From assembly GCA_023213395.1 (NCBI GenBank), contig CM041465.1, positions 216,201,741 through 216,265,740 on the forward strand: a stretch of DNA of 64,000 nt, given 5' to 3'. Shown here piece by piece: positions 1 to 12,530 of this stretch (position 1 is the stretch's first letter; every line of letters begins with the position of its first letter). The notes below the pieces were generated by a model. It saw only the letters and a list, made by a program, of their open reading frames with translations, searched no databases and was not told the DNA's origin. A program made the position numbers and the translations under genes. The DNA is from Cycas panzhihuaensis (Eukaryota > Plantae > Cycadophyta).

Positions 1-3000
1 TAGGCACTACCTCTCGTGGACCTCTGACCATCTTATTTAACCCTTAAAACCTCCTATCCCCTAGTAAATAGGAATACTATTGGTATTATCCATTCACCAT
101 TATCATAAATACTCTTGATTTCACCTTGAAGATGACCATCACAGACAACAGTTCCTTGGTTAATGTTATACCTGTGCAAATGATAGAGAAGCTAGACATA
201 GAGGCTCTTGAGCCTATTCCTTGGAAATGCCAAGGGTATGATGGGAGTGTAAAGCCCCCTTTAGGGACAATGACCCTCCTACTCATCTTAGAGGGGAATA
301 CCATGTAGGTAGACATAGTTATTCTCAATACCGATGTTAATTACAACCTCTTATTAGGTTGACCATGGCTCGATCAAATGGGAGTTATCTACTCCTTATG
401 ATAGGGATGACTTAAATTTGTCCATGAAGGACAAGTCAAGGTTGTCACTTGTGAGCTTCCTCCCTCTCATGTCTCTCCTCCTAGTTGTCAATCTATCTTT
501 GATGCCATAGATAACAATTCAGATGAGCCTCTTCCCTCTTTAGGAAAGCTCTTTAAGGGGTCTAATTCCTACCAAGATGAGACCTAGTCTCACCTTGAAC
601 CTAATCTAGTTAGGTTCACCCTTATTGGCATAGGTAGCTACAACAACCTAGCCCTTATGAGCAAGCCCAATTGGATATTGAGGGCCGTGAACCCCCTCTA
701 TGATGTGTCACTTTTATTTTCTATACACCTATGAGAGTGTTCCATGAGGATCCTCCCCTTCCTTCAAGTCCCTATTTTAGGACTCCTTGGCCTCTATAGC
801 CCATTACAAACAAGATTATCCATAAGGTAGATTACTTTAAAAATGATGAAGCCCTATTAGAATATCTAGTAGGGACTTTGCCCAGTTTGCCTTCTAGACA
901 TGACAAGCTCAGTTTCTAGAAGTGCTTGGTGATTAGTTCTCCATTGGTTGAACTTGACCAAGCCTCCCTTCCACTTAAACCTTCTCTAGATCAAGCCCCC
1001 CTTCACTTCAAAGAGGGGATCATGCTATATGTAAGGGTGACTTAGGACATTATCCTTACCCCTAATAAGGTCCTTAAGATAGGGGTGAAATATTCACCCT
1101 AAGAAGTGGAAGAATACACCAAACTTTTCTACAAGTTTTGTGACATGTTTGTGTTGGACTATTTTGAAATGAAGGGCATCAACCTTGATATCGTCACTCA
1201 TAACCTCATCACAATCCTAGGCTCTTGCCCTGTTAGACAAAAATAATTCCCCTTACACCTAAAGCTATCTACTATAGTTAAGATAGAAGTCAAGAAGCTA
1301 CTCAATGTAGGTCTAATCACTTCCATTGATTACCTTAAATGGGTCTCCAACATCATTTCCATTACTAAAAAGGATGAGACCATAAGAATTTGTGTTGACT
1401 TTAAGGATATTAATAATGCATGTCCTAAGGATAACTTTCCTTTATATTTCATTGATCAAATCATTGATCAAATTACTGATTTTGAAGTAATGTCCTTAAT
1501 AAATAACTTCTCCAACTATAACCAACTTTAAATATCCCATGAGAACCATTATAAGATGGCTTTTATGACCCCTTTGGGGACCTTTACCTATAAAGCCATG
1601 CTATTTGGTTTAAGGAATGTTGGTGCTACTTACCAGAGGGCCATGCATTTTATCTTTCACAACCTCATCAACAAGATTCTTGAGGTCTTTATGGACAACT
1701 TAATAGGCCTTTCTTGGAGAAGGGTTGATCACCCTACAGACTTCAGAATGAATATTACTAGCTGTCATAAGTACCACATTAGCCTAAACTCATTAGAGTA
1801 TGTTTTTGGGGTAACAACTGGTAAACTCTTAGGGTTCCTTAACTCTATACAAGGAATCCATGACAACCTTGATAAAATTAAACCCATTGTTGATATGCCA
1901 CCCCCAAGGATATAATGGTAAATCAAGTTATTCTTGGGGTAGTTAGGTTTCTTAAGGTGTTTCTTGGTAGACTTTGCTATCAATACCAAATCCTTGACCA
2001 ACCTCCTAAAGAAAGGGACCCCTTTTGTTTAGTCTTTAGGACCTAAGAGGCCTTCCAAGAGCTTAAGAGAGCTCTTGTTTTGGCCCTAATCTTGGCCCCT
2101 CCTCTTTTCAACCATCCCTTTATACTTTACACTTATGCAACTAATGAGTCTATGGGTGCCATGCTAGCCTAGGAGGGTGACTCCAAAATAGAATGAGCCA
2201 TCTATTTCATTAATTGCACCTTAGTAGTGACAAAATTAAACTATCCCCTAGTAAGAAAATAATGCCTACCATTAGTTTATGCCATCAAGAAGCTCATGAA
2301 TTACCTCTTAGGTAATACCACTCATGTGATAGTTTAGTAGAACCCTTTAAGATACCTTATGACTTAATCCAACTTAACAGGAGGGACAGGCAAGTGGGCT
2401 ATCCTCCTTCAAGAGTATGACCTTAAAATACTCAATTGTAAGTATAAGAAGGGCATGGTCATCATGAAGCAATTAGTGGATGCTCCAATTCCCAATGCCC
2501 ATAATGCTCCTATCAATGACTCATTACCAGATGAGCCCATCCTTACCCTTCACCAAACCAATGCCCATCCATTGGCTAATAGTAAGTGGTATGATGATAT
2601 TGTCAACTATTTAATTCTATAGAAATGCCTAGTAGATGCCAATTACAAGGTTAAGTTGCATGTAAGGGTAACTGCTTGATAATACTTTCTTGTAGAGGAT
2701 ACTTTATATAAAAGATCTTTTGATGGAGTGCTCTTTTGTTGTGTGAATCTAGAGGAGACTGATTAAATCCTTTATGAATACCATAATGGCATTTGTGGAG
2801 GTCATTGTGGAGGGTAATCCATAGCTAAATACATATTATATATGGTTTTTTATTGGCCAACATTATTTAAAGATATCCATGTATACACCTAGCGTTACCA
2901 TAGGTACTAAGAGAATGCTAACATAATTCAACAACCTTCTGAGGCTATGCATGTAATTATCTCACCATGGCATTTCTCCCAATGGGGCCTAGACCTCATT

Positions 3001-3834
3001 GGAGCTATCACCCCTTTGTCTTTGACCCAACATAAATTCATCCTAACATCCATAAAATATTTTAATAAATATGTTAAATCCATTCCTCTATATTCCACAA
3101 CAGGCAAAACCATTGCCACTTTTATATACCAACATATCATTTACTATTTTGGGGTCACTGATATCTTTATAATGGATAATAGAATCCTATTTTGTAACAA
3201 GGAGATCGATGAACTTTATGAGTAATTTAAAATTTCTCATAAGACCTTATCCCCCTATTACCCTTAGGTTAATGGACAAATTGAAGCCTTTAACAAAACT
3301 CTAATTAACATTCTTAAGAAGAGTATCACCTAATCCCAATGCAATTGGTATCTTTAACTACGTTTGAATTTATGGGCCTATGTTACTTAAATCTAAATAG
3401 CTATAAGGATGAACCCATTCTCTCTAATCTATGGATTTAAGGTAATACTTCCCCTCAAAGTTAAAATCCCATCCTTAAGGGTTTCCCTTAAGGAGTTCAC
3501 TAATGAGGAATAGATACATCAAGCTTGCCTCCTCAACCTTGAAGCTCTGGATGAAAAAAATACTTGGTTACATACTTAAGACAATTTAGCATCCAAAGCT
3601 CAAGTGCAGAAGATGCATGACAAATATTTTTGACCATGCCCTTTAAGCCCCAAGGATTAAGTCCTCAAATTAGAATATCTGCATGATCCTCTCTTCAAAT
3701 TTAGCCCCAAGTAGGTGGGCCCTTTCATGGTCATCGAGAGCCTTAACAATGACATCTATAAAATTGCCATGGTAGAGGGCCTTGAGTTTTAAAAGTTTAT
3801 TAATGGTCAATACTTAAAAAGGTTCTATAGCTAA
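1..3834 (+). pseudogene. Degenerate gypsy pol (aspartic protease, RT, RNase H, integrase)
   Basis: Protease-type YNLLLG*PW (~340-368). RT motifs IRICVDFKDINNACPKDNFPL and FGLRNVGATYQRAM...FMDN (ORF 1556..1915). Integrase zinc finger YHNGICGGH and PWHFSQWGLDLIG (ORF 2947..3225). Ends INGQYLKRFYS* at 3834. Many in-frame stops. Confidence 0.92.
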
Positions 3835-4012
3835 ACCTCCTTTCTAACATTTAAACCTTCACCATTGATGAAGTTAAACTATGGAGATTGTACCCCTTCT
3901 AATTTATTAATATTTTTCCTCCTCGAGTATTCCTTAGACATCCCCCACATCTATTCAAGGACCCTTTGGGGCTTTCAAGCCCCTTTTTTAGCCATCTTAC
4001 CCCTTTTTGTGG

Positions 4013-4100
4013 CTTGCCACTAAGGCAATCCCTTGGTCATTTGCCTCCTTTTTTTAACTTACCACCAAGGCAGCCCCTTGGTCGGTTGCTCCCTTGTTTA
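4013..4100 (+). repeat. Two ~45-bp tandem units in the gypsy 3' UTR, each with a CCAAGG...CCTTGG hairpin
   Basis: cttgccactaaggcaatcccttggtcatttgc (4013) vs cttaccaccaaggcagccccttggtcggttgc (4058). Confidence 0.65.
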
Positions 4101-4142
4101 TGCTTATTTTAGGTGTATGATCATTGGTTGAGGTTTTGATGC

Positions 4143-4798
4143 TATTGAGTGAACTAGATCCCAATAACCAGAAACTACCACTAAGATCTAAACTATTTCC
4201 AACTAGTTACAGGAATCAAAACTAAAATTTAACATGCAAATTCTTAAATTAGAGATAATATAATAAATAAATTAGAAATCCAAAGCATCATATATACACC
4301 TGATATAACATGGTAAAACCTTAGCAGTGTGCTAAGGAAACATCCACACAGGAAAGATATCAATCTTTATTATCAAAGAATAGAGAAATGTATATAATCT
4401 ATAGTAGAATGCTCACAATAACAATAACTAACTACCCAACTCTTCATAGTATATCTAATACATTGAACACTATCGACATAATGAAAATCACCCTAAATTG
4501 GGCTATATGAGAGAGTCATATAAGGCACAAATCTTAACCATAGAATCTAGGATATTTTGAGTGAACGACCCTTATTCTCTTTACAATTTAGTATACTTTT
4601 CAGTGCTAGTTTTTTGGGTAAGAGGCTATCACCCCTGAACCCTCTCTTTGCCAGGGGGGGTTTTGTGCCCCCTACACCCCCTGGCTAAGGGGGGCTCTTT
4701 TCCCCCTTGGATTCCCTTAAGGAAGTTTGGGGGAGAAATTGCACTGCCAACTTATTAAAATTTTAGCCTCTAAAACATTATTATCACATTATTTAACA
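4143..4798 (-). repeat. 3' LTR of Tork-like copia
   Basis: Aligns end to end with 14962-15619. Termini TA(TG)...CA. Adjacent degenerate PPT reads caatgtgaagat on the minus strand. Confidence 0.92.
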
Positions 4799-4859
4799 AT
4801 CTTCACATTGACAAAAAATTACCTAATATCTTTCTTGGACCATTCATCACCTTTTCTAT

Positions 4860-6383
4860 AAGCTAAGAGAAGTAAAAAACCATTTAAACTTCTCTAATAG
4901 TACTGGTTTTGTAAACATGTCAGTACAATTCTATATTATATTAATCTTCTCAAGTGCCACTCCACCTATTTCCATAACCTATCTAATAAAATGGTACTTA
5001 AGAGTAATATGCTTTATCCTACTATGATAAGCTGGATTCTTTGCTAAGTAAATGGCACTTTGACTATCACAAAATACTTTTATCTTTTCCTATTTCCTTC
5101 CAAGCTCAACCAATAGACCCTGTAATTAGATTACTTCTTTATAAGCATATGCTACAATAACATATTCTACTTTTGTAGTTGATAATACAATTATGCTCTA
5201 CAATTTTAACATCCAACTAACTGAACCATTTACAAGAGTAAATACATAACCTGAAGTAGACCTTCTCTTATCTAAATCTCCTACAAAGTCTAAATTAACA
5301 TATCCACAAACCTAATTACGTGTACCTCCAAAGGTAATGTAATAGTCACTTGTGCCCCTAAAATATTGAAGCACTCATTTCACTACTACCCAATATTCCT
5401 TTTTTGGATTTACTATAAACCTGCTAACTACATCAATTGTATGTGAAATGTCAAGTCTTGTACATACCATGACATACATCAAATCTCCTACTGTAATGGC
5501 ATAAGGTACATAAGACATATAATCCTTTTCTTCTTTATTACTAGGGCTCATACTTGAAGAAAGCTTGAAATGGGAAGCTAATGGGATACTTACTAGTTTC
5601 ATATTTTCTATACCAAACCTAGTTAGCAACTTCTCTATATATTTTTGCTAGGATAACCATAGCTTACCATTTTCTTGTATCTATATATCTCCATACCTAA
5701 GATTTATTTTGTAGCTCCTAGATCCTTCATATCAAAATTCCTAGCTAATTAAGCCTTTAACTTGTTGATTTCTACCATGCTCTTGCTTGTGACTAGTATG
5801 TCATCAACATACAATACTAAGATAATGAATAAGCCATTGTTTAAGAATTTAAAGTAAACACAATGATCATACTTACTTCTTTTAAAATTTTAACTCTCCG
5901 TAAAGGCATCAAACTTTCTATACCATTGCCTAGGTGATTGCTTCAGGCCATACAATGTTTTCTGAGCTTGAAAATAAGTATTTTCCTGTTATCCTGTACA
6001 AATCAATCTGGCTAATCCATATAGATATCCTCATCTAAATCTCCATGTAGAAAAGTTAGTTTTATATCTAGCTACTCCAACTCTAAATCAAGAGAAGTTA
6101 CCAATACTAATAGAACACAAATTAAAACAAGTTTGACAACTGATGAAAAAATCTTATGAAAATCAATATTTATTTTCTATGTAAAATCTTTAGCCACTAG
6201 TCTTGCCCTGTATTTGTCAACCTTTCTATCAACATCTATTTTCTTCTTGAAAACCTACCTGTAACCAATATTTTTCCTACCATGTAGAAGTTCCACCAAG
6301 TCCCATAAATTATTTTTCTTCAAAGAATCTATCTCTTCCTACATATCCCTCTTCCACTTCTCATTATGGATATTATCTATTAC
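4860..6383 (-). pseudogene. Tork-like copia RT-RNase H (degenerate)
   Basis: ORF 5375..5629 (PLASHFKLS...VPYAITVGDLMYVMVCTRLDIS). LYVDDILV at ~5795-5820. RNase H CDSQSAIYLAKNPAYH at ~5025-5075. Confidence 0.9.
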
Positions 6384-6388
6384 TTCCT

Positions 6389-6686
6389 TAAAAGGGGTTA
6401 ATGTCACAAAGTCATTACATTAGATAATTATTTCTAAAAAGGGTCTTAAGTAAACTTTAAATTAGATCACATAAGTGAAATTCACTTTTATGTGCATTAT
6501 GTATAATTTTATTTCACCTAACTCTAATGCTCCCTCTCTTAATATAAAAGTAAAAGCTCAATAGAGGAGGCTCATTCTTATCTCCCCATTTTATGAGAGC
6601 TACTTTCTTTCTTTTAACTCTCTCTTGCTCCCATCTTTGCCTTTGTGTTTAGTGCATGGAGATGAAGGATAGATCCACTCTTTTCA
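6389..6686 (+). repeat. 5' LTR of nested copia
   Basis: Aligns with 12236-12525 and is followed by a PBS. Confidence 0.92.
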
Positions 6687-7599
6687 TGTGGCATTAGTGC
6701 TTGCTTCCTTTATATTCCTCAATTGCACTTGTAATGGAGCCATCGCTTCCTTCTCCCCCATAATCCATGTGGTGAAGGAGATTGTGAAAGTGGATTTAGA
6801 ATTATTTTCAAGTGTTTATCATAGTATATTTAGTATTATTTACTTTCCCTTTCTCTTTTGTAGGTTTGGAAGCATAATATAAGGAGTTATAAGGCCCAAG
6901 GATTCCAATCCTTTGGTGACCATTTATGCTATCTCATTCTTCTTTTCTTTCCCCTCTTTTTATCCATTTAACAAGAGGAAATGCTGCTGAAAATTTTCTA
7001 GCATTTAGAACAATGATTGTAAGAGGAGGTTCTACCTAATTTTTTAAAGAATTTAGAGCCATTTAAAATATCCATCATTGTATTCTCTCACCTTACCTAT
7101 ACTGGGACCCTGGTGATAAAAAAATGATGGAAATTTCATATGATATCATGTGTTAATGAGATATTAGCAAGTTGAAATTTCTTTAGAAATAAAATTTACT
7201 TACTAAACTTTATAGGTCTGCAAAATCCATTACAAAGCTCTAATTGACCTAATTCTACTTGTCAAAGATGAGGCTCTGAGTGTACTATCCAAAACAAAAA
7301 CTAACACCTAATTTCAATATTATATAAGAAAGTTATTACTATTTTATTGAATAGTAGTTATTTTTAGTAAGAATTCTAAAAATATATATATTCTCTTAAC
7401 TTTGTGGGACTGCCAAAAAATTTATAGAACTCATTTGGACCTGATTCCACTCTTTAGAGGAGCTATATAGCTACTCATTAGTGAACTAGGTGAGGATTAG
7501 GGATACTTGGGCTCTATTATGACTTGGATTTCATCACCAAGCACAATTGTAAGTATCGTAGGTGAAGACCAACTTAATTCTACTAGAAGCCTAAGCATC

Positions 7600-10500
7600 C
7601 CTTCAACAATAATTAACAAATTAAAAAATTAAAAATGTAAAAATGATATGTAAGTGAGATAATCAATCTCCTTCATCCAATCAAGCAAGCCATTGATAAA
7701 GATTTTAAAACTCAATATATTATACGGGCTTTCTTGATTCAATCATATCTCCATATCCTAAATTACAAAAATCTATTAGGAAGTCTTTAATTTAGTCTCA
7801 CTTTAAAGACCCTAAACTTTGAGGTTCTTACTGATAAGTTCATTGAATTTGATAAGACCTTTAATACCAACTTTGCCACTATATCAGATCCAACTGATGC
7901 TACTTTTAAAGTGGAAGAAGATCTTTATTATACCAAAAATCAAGGTCAATACTCTTGCAGAGGTGGTAATTCCCATAGCAGAGGAAGAGGTAGATAACAA
8001 GGACAACATCCTCTTATTCAACAAGCTTCTCAACTCCAACAAAAACAATCTCAAGGCCAAGGCCAAAATAATCAACCTAGACCTAGATCCAATAATTAAA
8101 GATAATCCAACCAACCCAATACTTCTTATGGGATTGGAAATCAAACAATTGTATGCCAAAGTTGTAATAGAAAAGGACATTATGCCAAAAATTATAGAAC
8201 TACCACCAACAAACTACCAAGCTATCAACATCATTATAGTGCATATAATGTTGATAATACTTCTTTTGAATATACTTTTGGTGGAACAGAATTTTCTCAT
8301 GCACACCTTTAAAGAATTGGGACAACTTCATCAAATGTTGTTGATAGATCGACTAAGTATATTAAGGCTTATTGTGGCTATCCTTATTCACTTTTTCCTT
8401 CACCACTTGGAGTTGCAAATAGTGCCATCTCAAATATTTCATCTTGGATCATGGATATTAGAGAAACATAATACATGATTTGTCATCGCTAGTTCTTTCA
8501 GGATTTTGACTTTGAAGTTCGTAGTCTCATACACATGGCTCACAAATCATCTCAGTCAGTCAAAGGACTTAGAACTGTTTGCCTAAAACTCCCAGGCCTT
8601 CTAGATTTTACCTTTGTTGATGTTTTATATATTCCTATTCTAAAGCAGAACCTGCTCTCCCTGTCCACCCTTGTCTTTTGTGGATTTGATCTAAGTGTAA
8701 CTGCAAATAATAAACTCTCTATGCCATTCGCCCTCCTTCAAATATTGTAGTTATGACTGAAATTCTTAATGGCAAACTTTTTTGCCTAACTGACTCACCA
8801 TCCTCTGAAGCCAACTATGTTGATGATGACTTTACTTTTCCATAACCCTGCCTCCTTAAAAGTTATCCCAAGCATCCCTATGACATGCTCATATGGGCCA
8901 TATCAAAATTCATTGTTTAAGAGAACTACATGCCACTCTTCCTGGTATGCATAGACTCTCCTCTAAGCCTTTCAAATGCAAAGCATGTATAATTGTCTAA
9001 TCTTAAAGATAACCCTTTCCTCATAGTCATTGGAAATCTATCCAACCTTTCTAGCTTATACACTTAGATATATATGGTCTTATGCCCATTCCTTCTCTCA
9101 AATATAAGTGGTATTATATTACTTTCATTGATGATTTTACTAAGAAAGTATGAGTTACTTTTCTTGCAAAAAAAGATGAAGCTTTTTCTATGTTTCAAGC
9201 TTTCAAGGTCTGCATGGAAAATGAATCTGGATTCAAGATCAAAATACTGAAGATTGACAATGGTGATAAGTACATGTCTAATGAGTTTAAATCGTACGTA
9301 CATCAACATGGAATTAAATATTAGACCACTATTGTAGATACACCCCAACAAAATAGAGTTGTTGAGTGTATGAATAGGACCATCATGAACATGACTTATG
9401 CTATGCTAGTATATAAGAATGTCCCTATCTATCTTTGGACTAAGGCTATTTGGACTACCGTATATTGTATCAACATTGTTAGTCCCTCTAAGATTGGCCC
9501 CTCTCCACAAGAAATGTAGTATGGACAAATCCCCTCTATCTCCCACTTCAAAATTTTTAGCTCTACTTATTATACTTATATTATGGAGGAACATAGAAAT
9601 AAGCTCCAAGATAGAGCCTTCAAAGGCATCTTTGTTGGATATCCTATGGACAAAAAGGGGTACAAGGTTTTCATACCTTCATAATGCAAAATCATTATCA
9701 CTAGAGATGTTATCTTTGTAGATATTAAAGATCAATTACTTAGATTTGACTCTAAGGTGCCTTCATACTGATTTAATAATATTACTAAATTTGATGTCTA
9801 GATTCTAAAATTTAGGCGGGGGGGGGGGGATACTCAACAGTTGCTTAAAATCTTAGAATCTGATAATAGAGTCCTAGAGGATACAAGTTGTGATTTCTAG
9901 CCAATGTGTACACATCCAACACCATCATTTATGTATAGCCAAGTTGAAAAGACAAAGCCATAGCAGAAGGATCATCTTCTCCAACATCTGTGGCTAGCCT
10001 ATCTTCTCCAGCATCATTAACTTCCTCCATGCCAAACATTTCACATGATCCTTTTTAGGATCAAAATGAAGACCAAGAGGCTATGGAAATGAAAATCTCA
10101 TTCCCAACTCAATGTTTTCGTGAAGCCTACTAGCTACACAAGGATATGTGACTAGATGAGGTAGGAAAAACTAGCACTAAAGTGCCTATAGAGCAAGGAT
10201 ATATGAATTACTTTCCATTGAGCTTGAACTAGAAGAATTGCACATTACTCTTAATGAAGAGCCCCTAATGTACCAAGAAGCTGTAAAGTATGTAGATTGG
10301 AGAAATGCTATGAACGAAGAGTACTAATCTCTGATCAAGAATAGTACATGGTAGCTTGTTGATCTACCACTTGGAAGAAAGGTAGTTCAAAATAGATGGA
10401 TGTTCAAAAATAAGTACAGATCATATGGCACCCTAGAAAAATACAAGGTGAGGTTGGTAACAAAAGGATTCATGTAATGGGAAGGCATTAACTACACTAA

Positions 10501-11790
10501 AATCTTTGCTCCTACAACCAAGTCACTTACAATTAGAACTCTTATAGCGTTGGCTACTCAATAAGATTGGAAAATCTACCAACTCGATGTTAAAACTGTA
10601 TTTCTCAATGGGGACCTTAAAGAAGAAATTTACATGGATTAGCTAGAAGGATATAAGATTGTCAGTCAGGAGCATAAGGTTTGTAAGCTTAAAAACTCCT
10701 TGTATGACCTAAAATAAGCCCCTCGTGCTTGGTTTATTAAGTGGTCTGAAAGAATGAGGCAACTTAAATATAAGGTTTGTGACTATCAAGATATTGATGT
10801 AACATTATTCATTAAGCACAAAAATGATAAAGTCACTTATCTCTTAATCTTTATAGATAATATGCTAATAATGGGGAATACTAAACACATAATCAACTAG
10901 CTAAAGAAGGACCTTGCTAAAATTTTTGAATTATCTGACCTTAAGTTGATGAAATATTACTTGGGAATTGAAGTAACTCAAAAGAATGGCAAAATCTTTC
11001 TCTCCTAAGAAAATTATATTAATGATCTTCTGACAAAGTTTGAGTTAAAAGGTGCTTGACTAATGGATACCCCTATGGAACCTAATATTAAACTCTTAGC
11101 TGATTCTAACACTAGGGAGGTAGACGCAACACTCTATAGGCAACTTGTAAGTAGTCTCATCTATACTACCAATACAAGGCCACATATTGCATACTCTATC
11201 GGTATTCTTATAAGGTTCATGACAAATCCTAAGTAGAATTGCTGGCAAACTATAATATGAGTGTTGAGATACTTGAAGACAATCAGTAAATATGGTCTAT
11301 TGTATGAACCTAATGTAGAATTTAAACTTTATGCATATATAGACTTAGACTTTGCTAGAGATAAAGATACATGAGATTTACGTCTAGGTATGTAACATTT
11401 CTTGGAACAACACCAATATCATGGAGATCCTGACAGTAAAGGATAGTTGCTGACTCAACTGCCAAAGCTAAATATATTGCTTCTTCTGAGATAAGTAAGG
11501 AGGTGATATGGCTTAGAAAATTATTGAATATATTAAATGACACCTAAATAAGTTCTATTAGCTTACATGTAGATAATCAATCTATAATCCAAATGGCTAA
11601 AAATCCTATATTTTATGATCATACCAAGTATATAAATATAAAAGTCTACAAGATTAGAGAACTAGTTTATGATAACATAATTCAACTAGAGTACTGGCCC
11701 ACAATAGATCAAGTGGCTGATATCTTTACCAAACTACTAAAGAGGGTGAAGTTTGAACAGTTTCGAAGGTAACTCAGCCTTATGGCCTCC
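7600..11790 (+). pseudogene. Nested copia gag-pol (zinc knuckle, PR, INT, RT, RH), degenerate
   Basis: Zinc knuckle CQSCNRKGHYAKN (~8155-8195). INT TPQQNRVVECMNRTI (~9340). RT TW*LVDLPLGRK and IYQLDVKTVFLNGDL (~10345-10620). RH DNQS...DQVADIFTK (~11570-11735). The start coordinate is approximate. Confidence 0.88.
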
Positions 11791-11841
11791 ATCTTTAACT
11801 GTTTGAAGGAGATGACAATAGGACCATCATACTCTATCTCA

Positions 11842-11999
11842 TTTGTGAAAACCCCTTGTGGGTACGGAAGGACAAGAGTAAGTCTCTGCTCTATCATATT
11901 CATGAAAATCCCTTGTGGATATGAAAGGATAAGGGTTGTATCACTTTAGAAAATCAGAACTTGTGAAAACCTAAAAGGGCATGGGGGATGACTAAATGG
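11842..11999 (+). repeat. Three ~38-bp direct repeats with unique spacers in the copia 3' UTR
   Basis: ttgtgaaaaccccttgtgggtacggaagga / tcatgaaaatcccttgtggatatgaaagga / ttgtgaaaacctaaaagggcatggggga. Also present, inverted, at ~59268-59425. Confidence 0.7.
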
Positions 12000-12235
12000 T
12001 ATATGGAGACTCAATAGATTTTAGCTACAAAATTCATTGTACTGATTGGCTATCTGGCTTCATTTAAAGAGCTACCTAACCCAGGTTAGTTGATTAGAAA
12101 ATTTATGGGTTATCTTCCCCATGAGGGTTTCCTACAAAAGTGTCATAGTAGTTTGCTTTATAAGAGGCTTAAATGAAGACCTTACATGATAGAATAAAAT
12201 AGGATGAAATGTCCTTCTATCATTAAGAGGGAGAT

Positions 12236-12525
12236 TGAAAGGGGTTAATGTCATAAGGTCAGTATATTAGTTGATTATTTCTAAAAAGGGTTTTACGTGA
12301 ACTTTAAATTAGATCACTTAAGTGAAATACATTTTCATGTGCATTATGTATAATTTTATTTTACCTAACTCTAATTCTCAATATAAAAGTAAAAGCTTAA
12401 TGGAGGAGGCTCATTCTTACTTACCTATTTTGTGAGAGCTACTTTATTTCTCTCAGGTCCCTCTTGCTCCCATGTTTGCCTTTATTTTTACTGCATGGAG
12501 TTAAAGGATAAATCGACTCTTTTCA
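12236..12525 (+). repeat. 3' LTR of nested copia
   Basis: TG...CA, preceded by PPT and followed by TSD TTCCT. Confidence 0.92.
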
Positions 12526-12530
12526 TTCCT

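Larger units (their letters stand above)
6389..12525 (+). mobile_element. Full-length Ty1/copia LTR retrotransposon (Ale/Ivana-like) nested in the INT-RT linker of the Tork-like element
   Basis: LTRs 6389-6686 and 12236-12525. TSD TTCCT at 6384-6388 and 12526-12530. Degenerate PBS tggcattagtgc at 6689. PPT aagagggagat at 12225-12235. Confidence 0.95.

Noticed and set aside
7819-8478. 219-aa ORF as a novel protein
   Set aside because: It is an alternative frame over the copia gag; the zinc-knuckle and RG-rich Gag motifs lie in another frame. The L/I/N-rich translation is typical of off-frame AT-rich DNA.
11842-11999. CRISPR array
   Set aside because: Only three degenerate repeats, inside a plant retrotransposon UTR, with the same spacers in a second copy and no cas genes.
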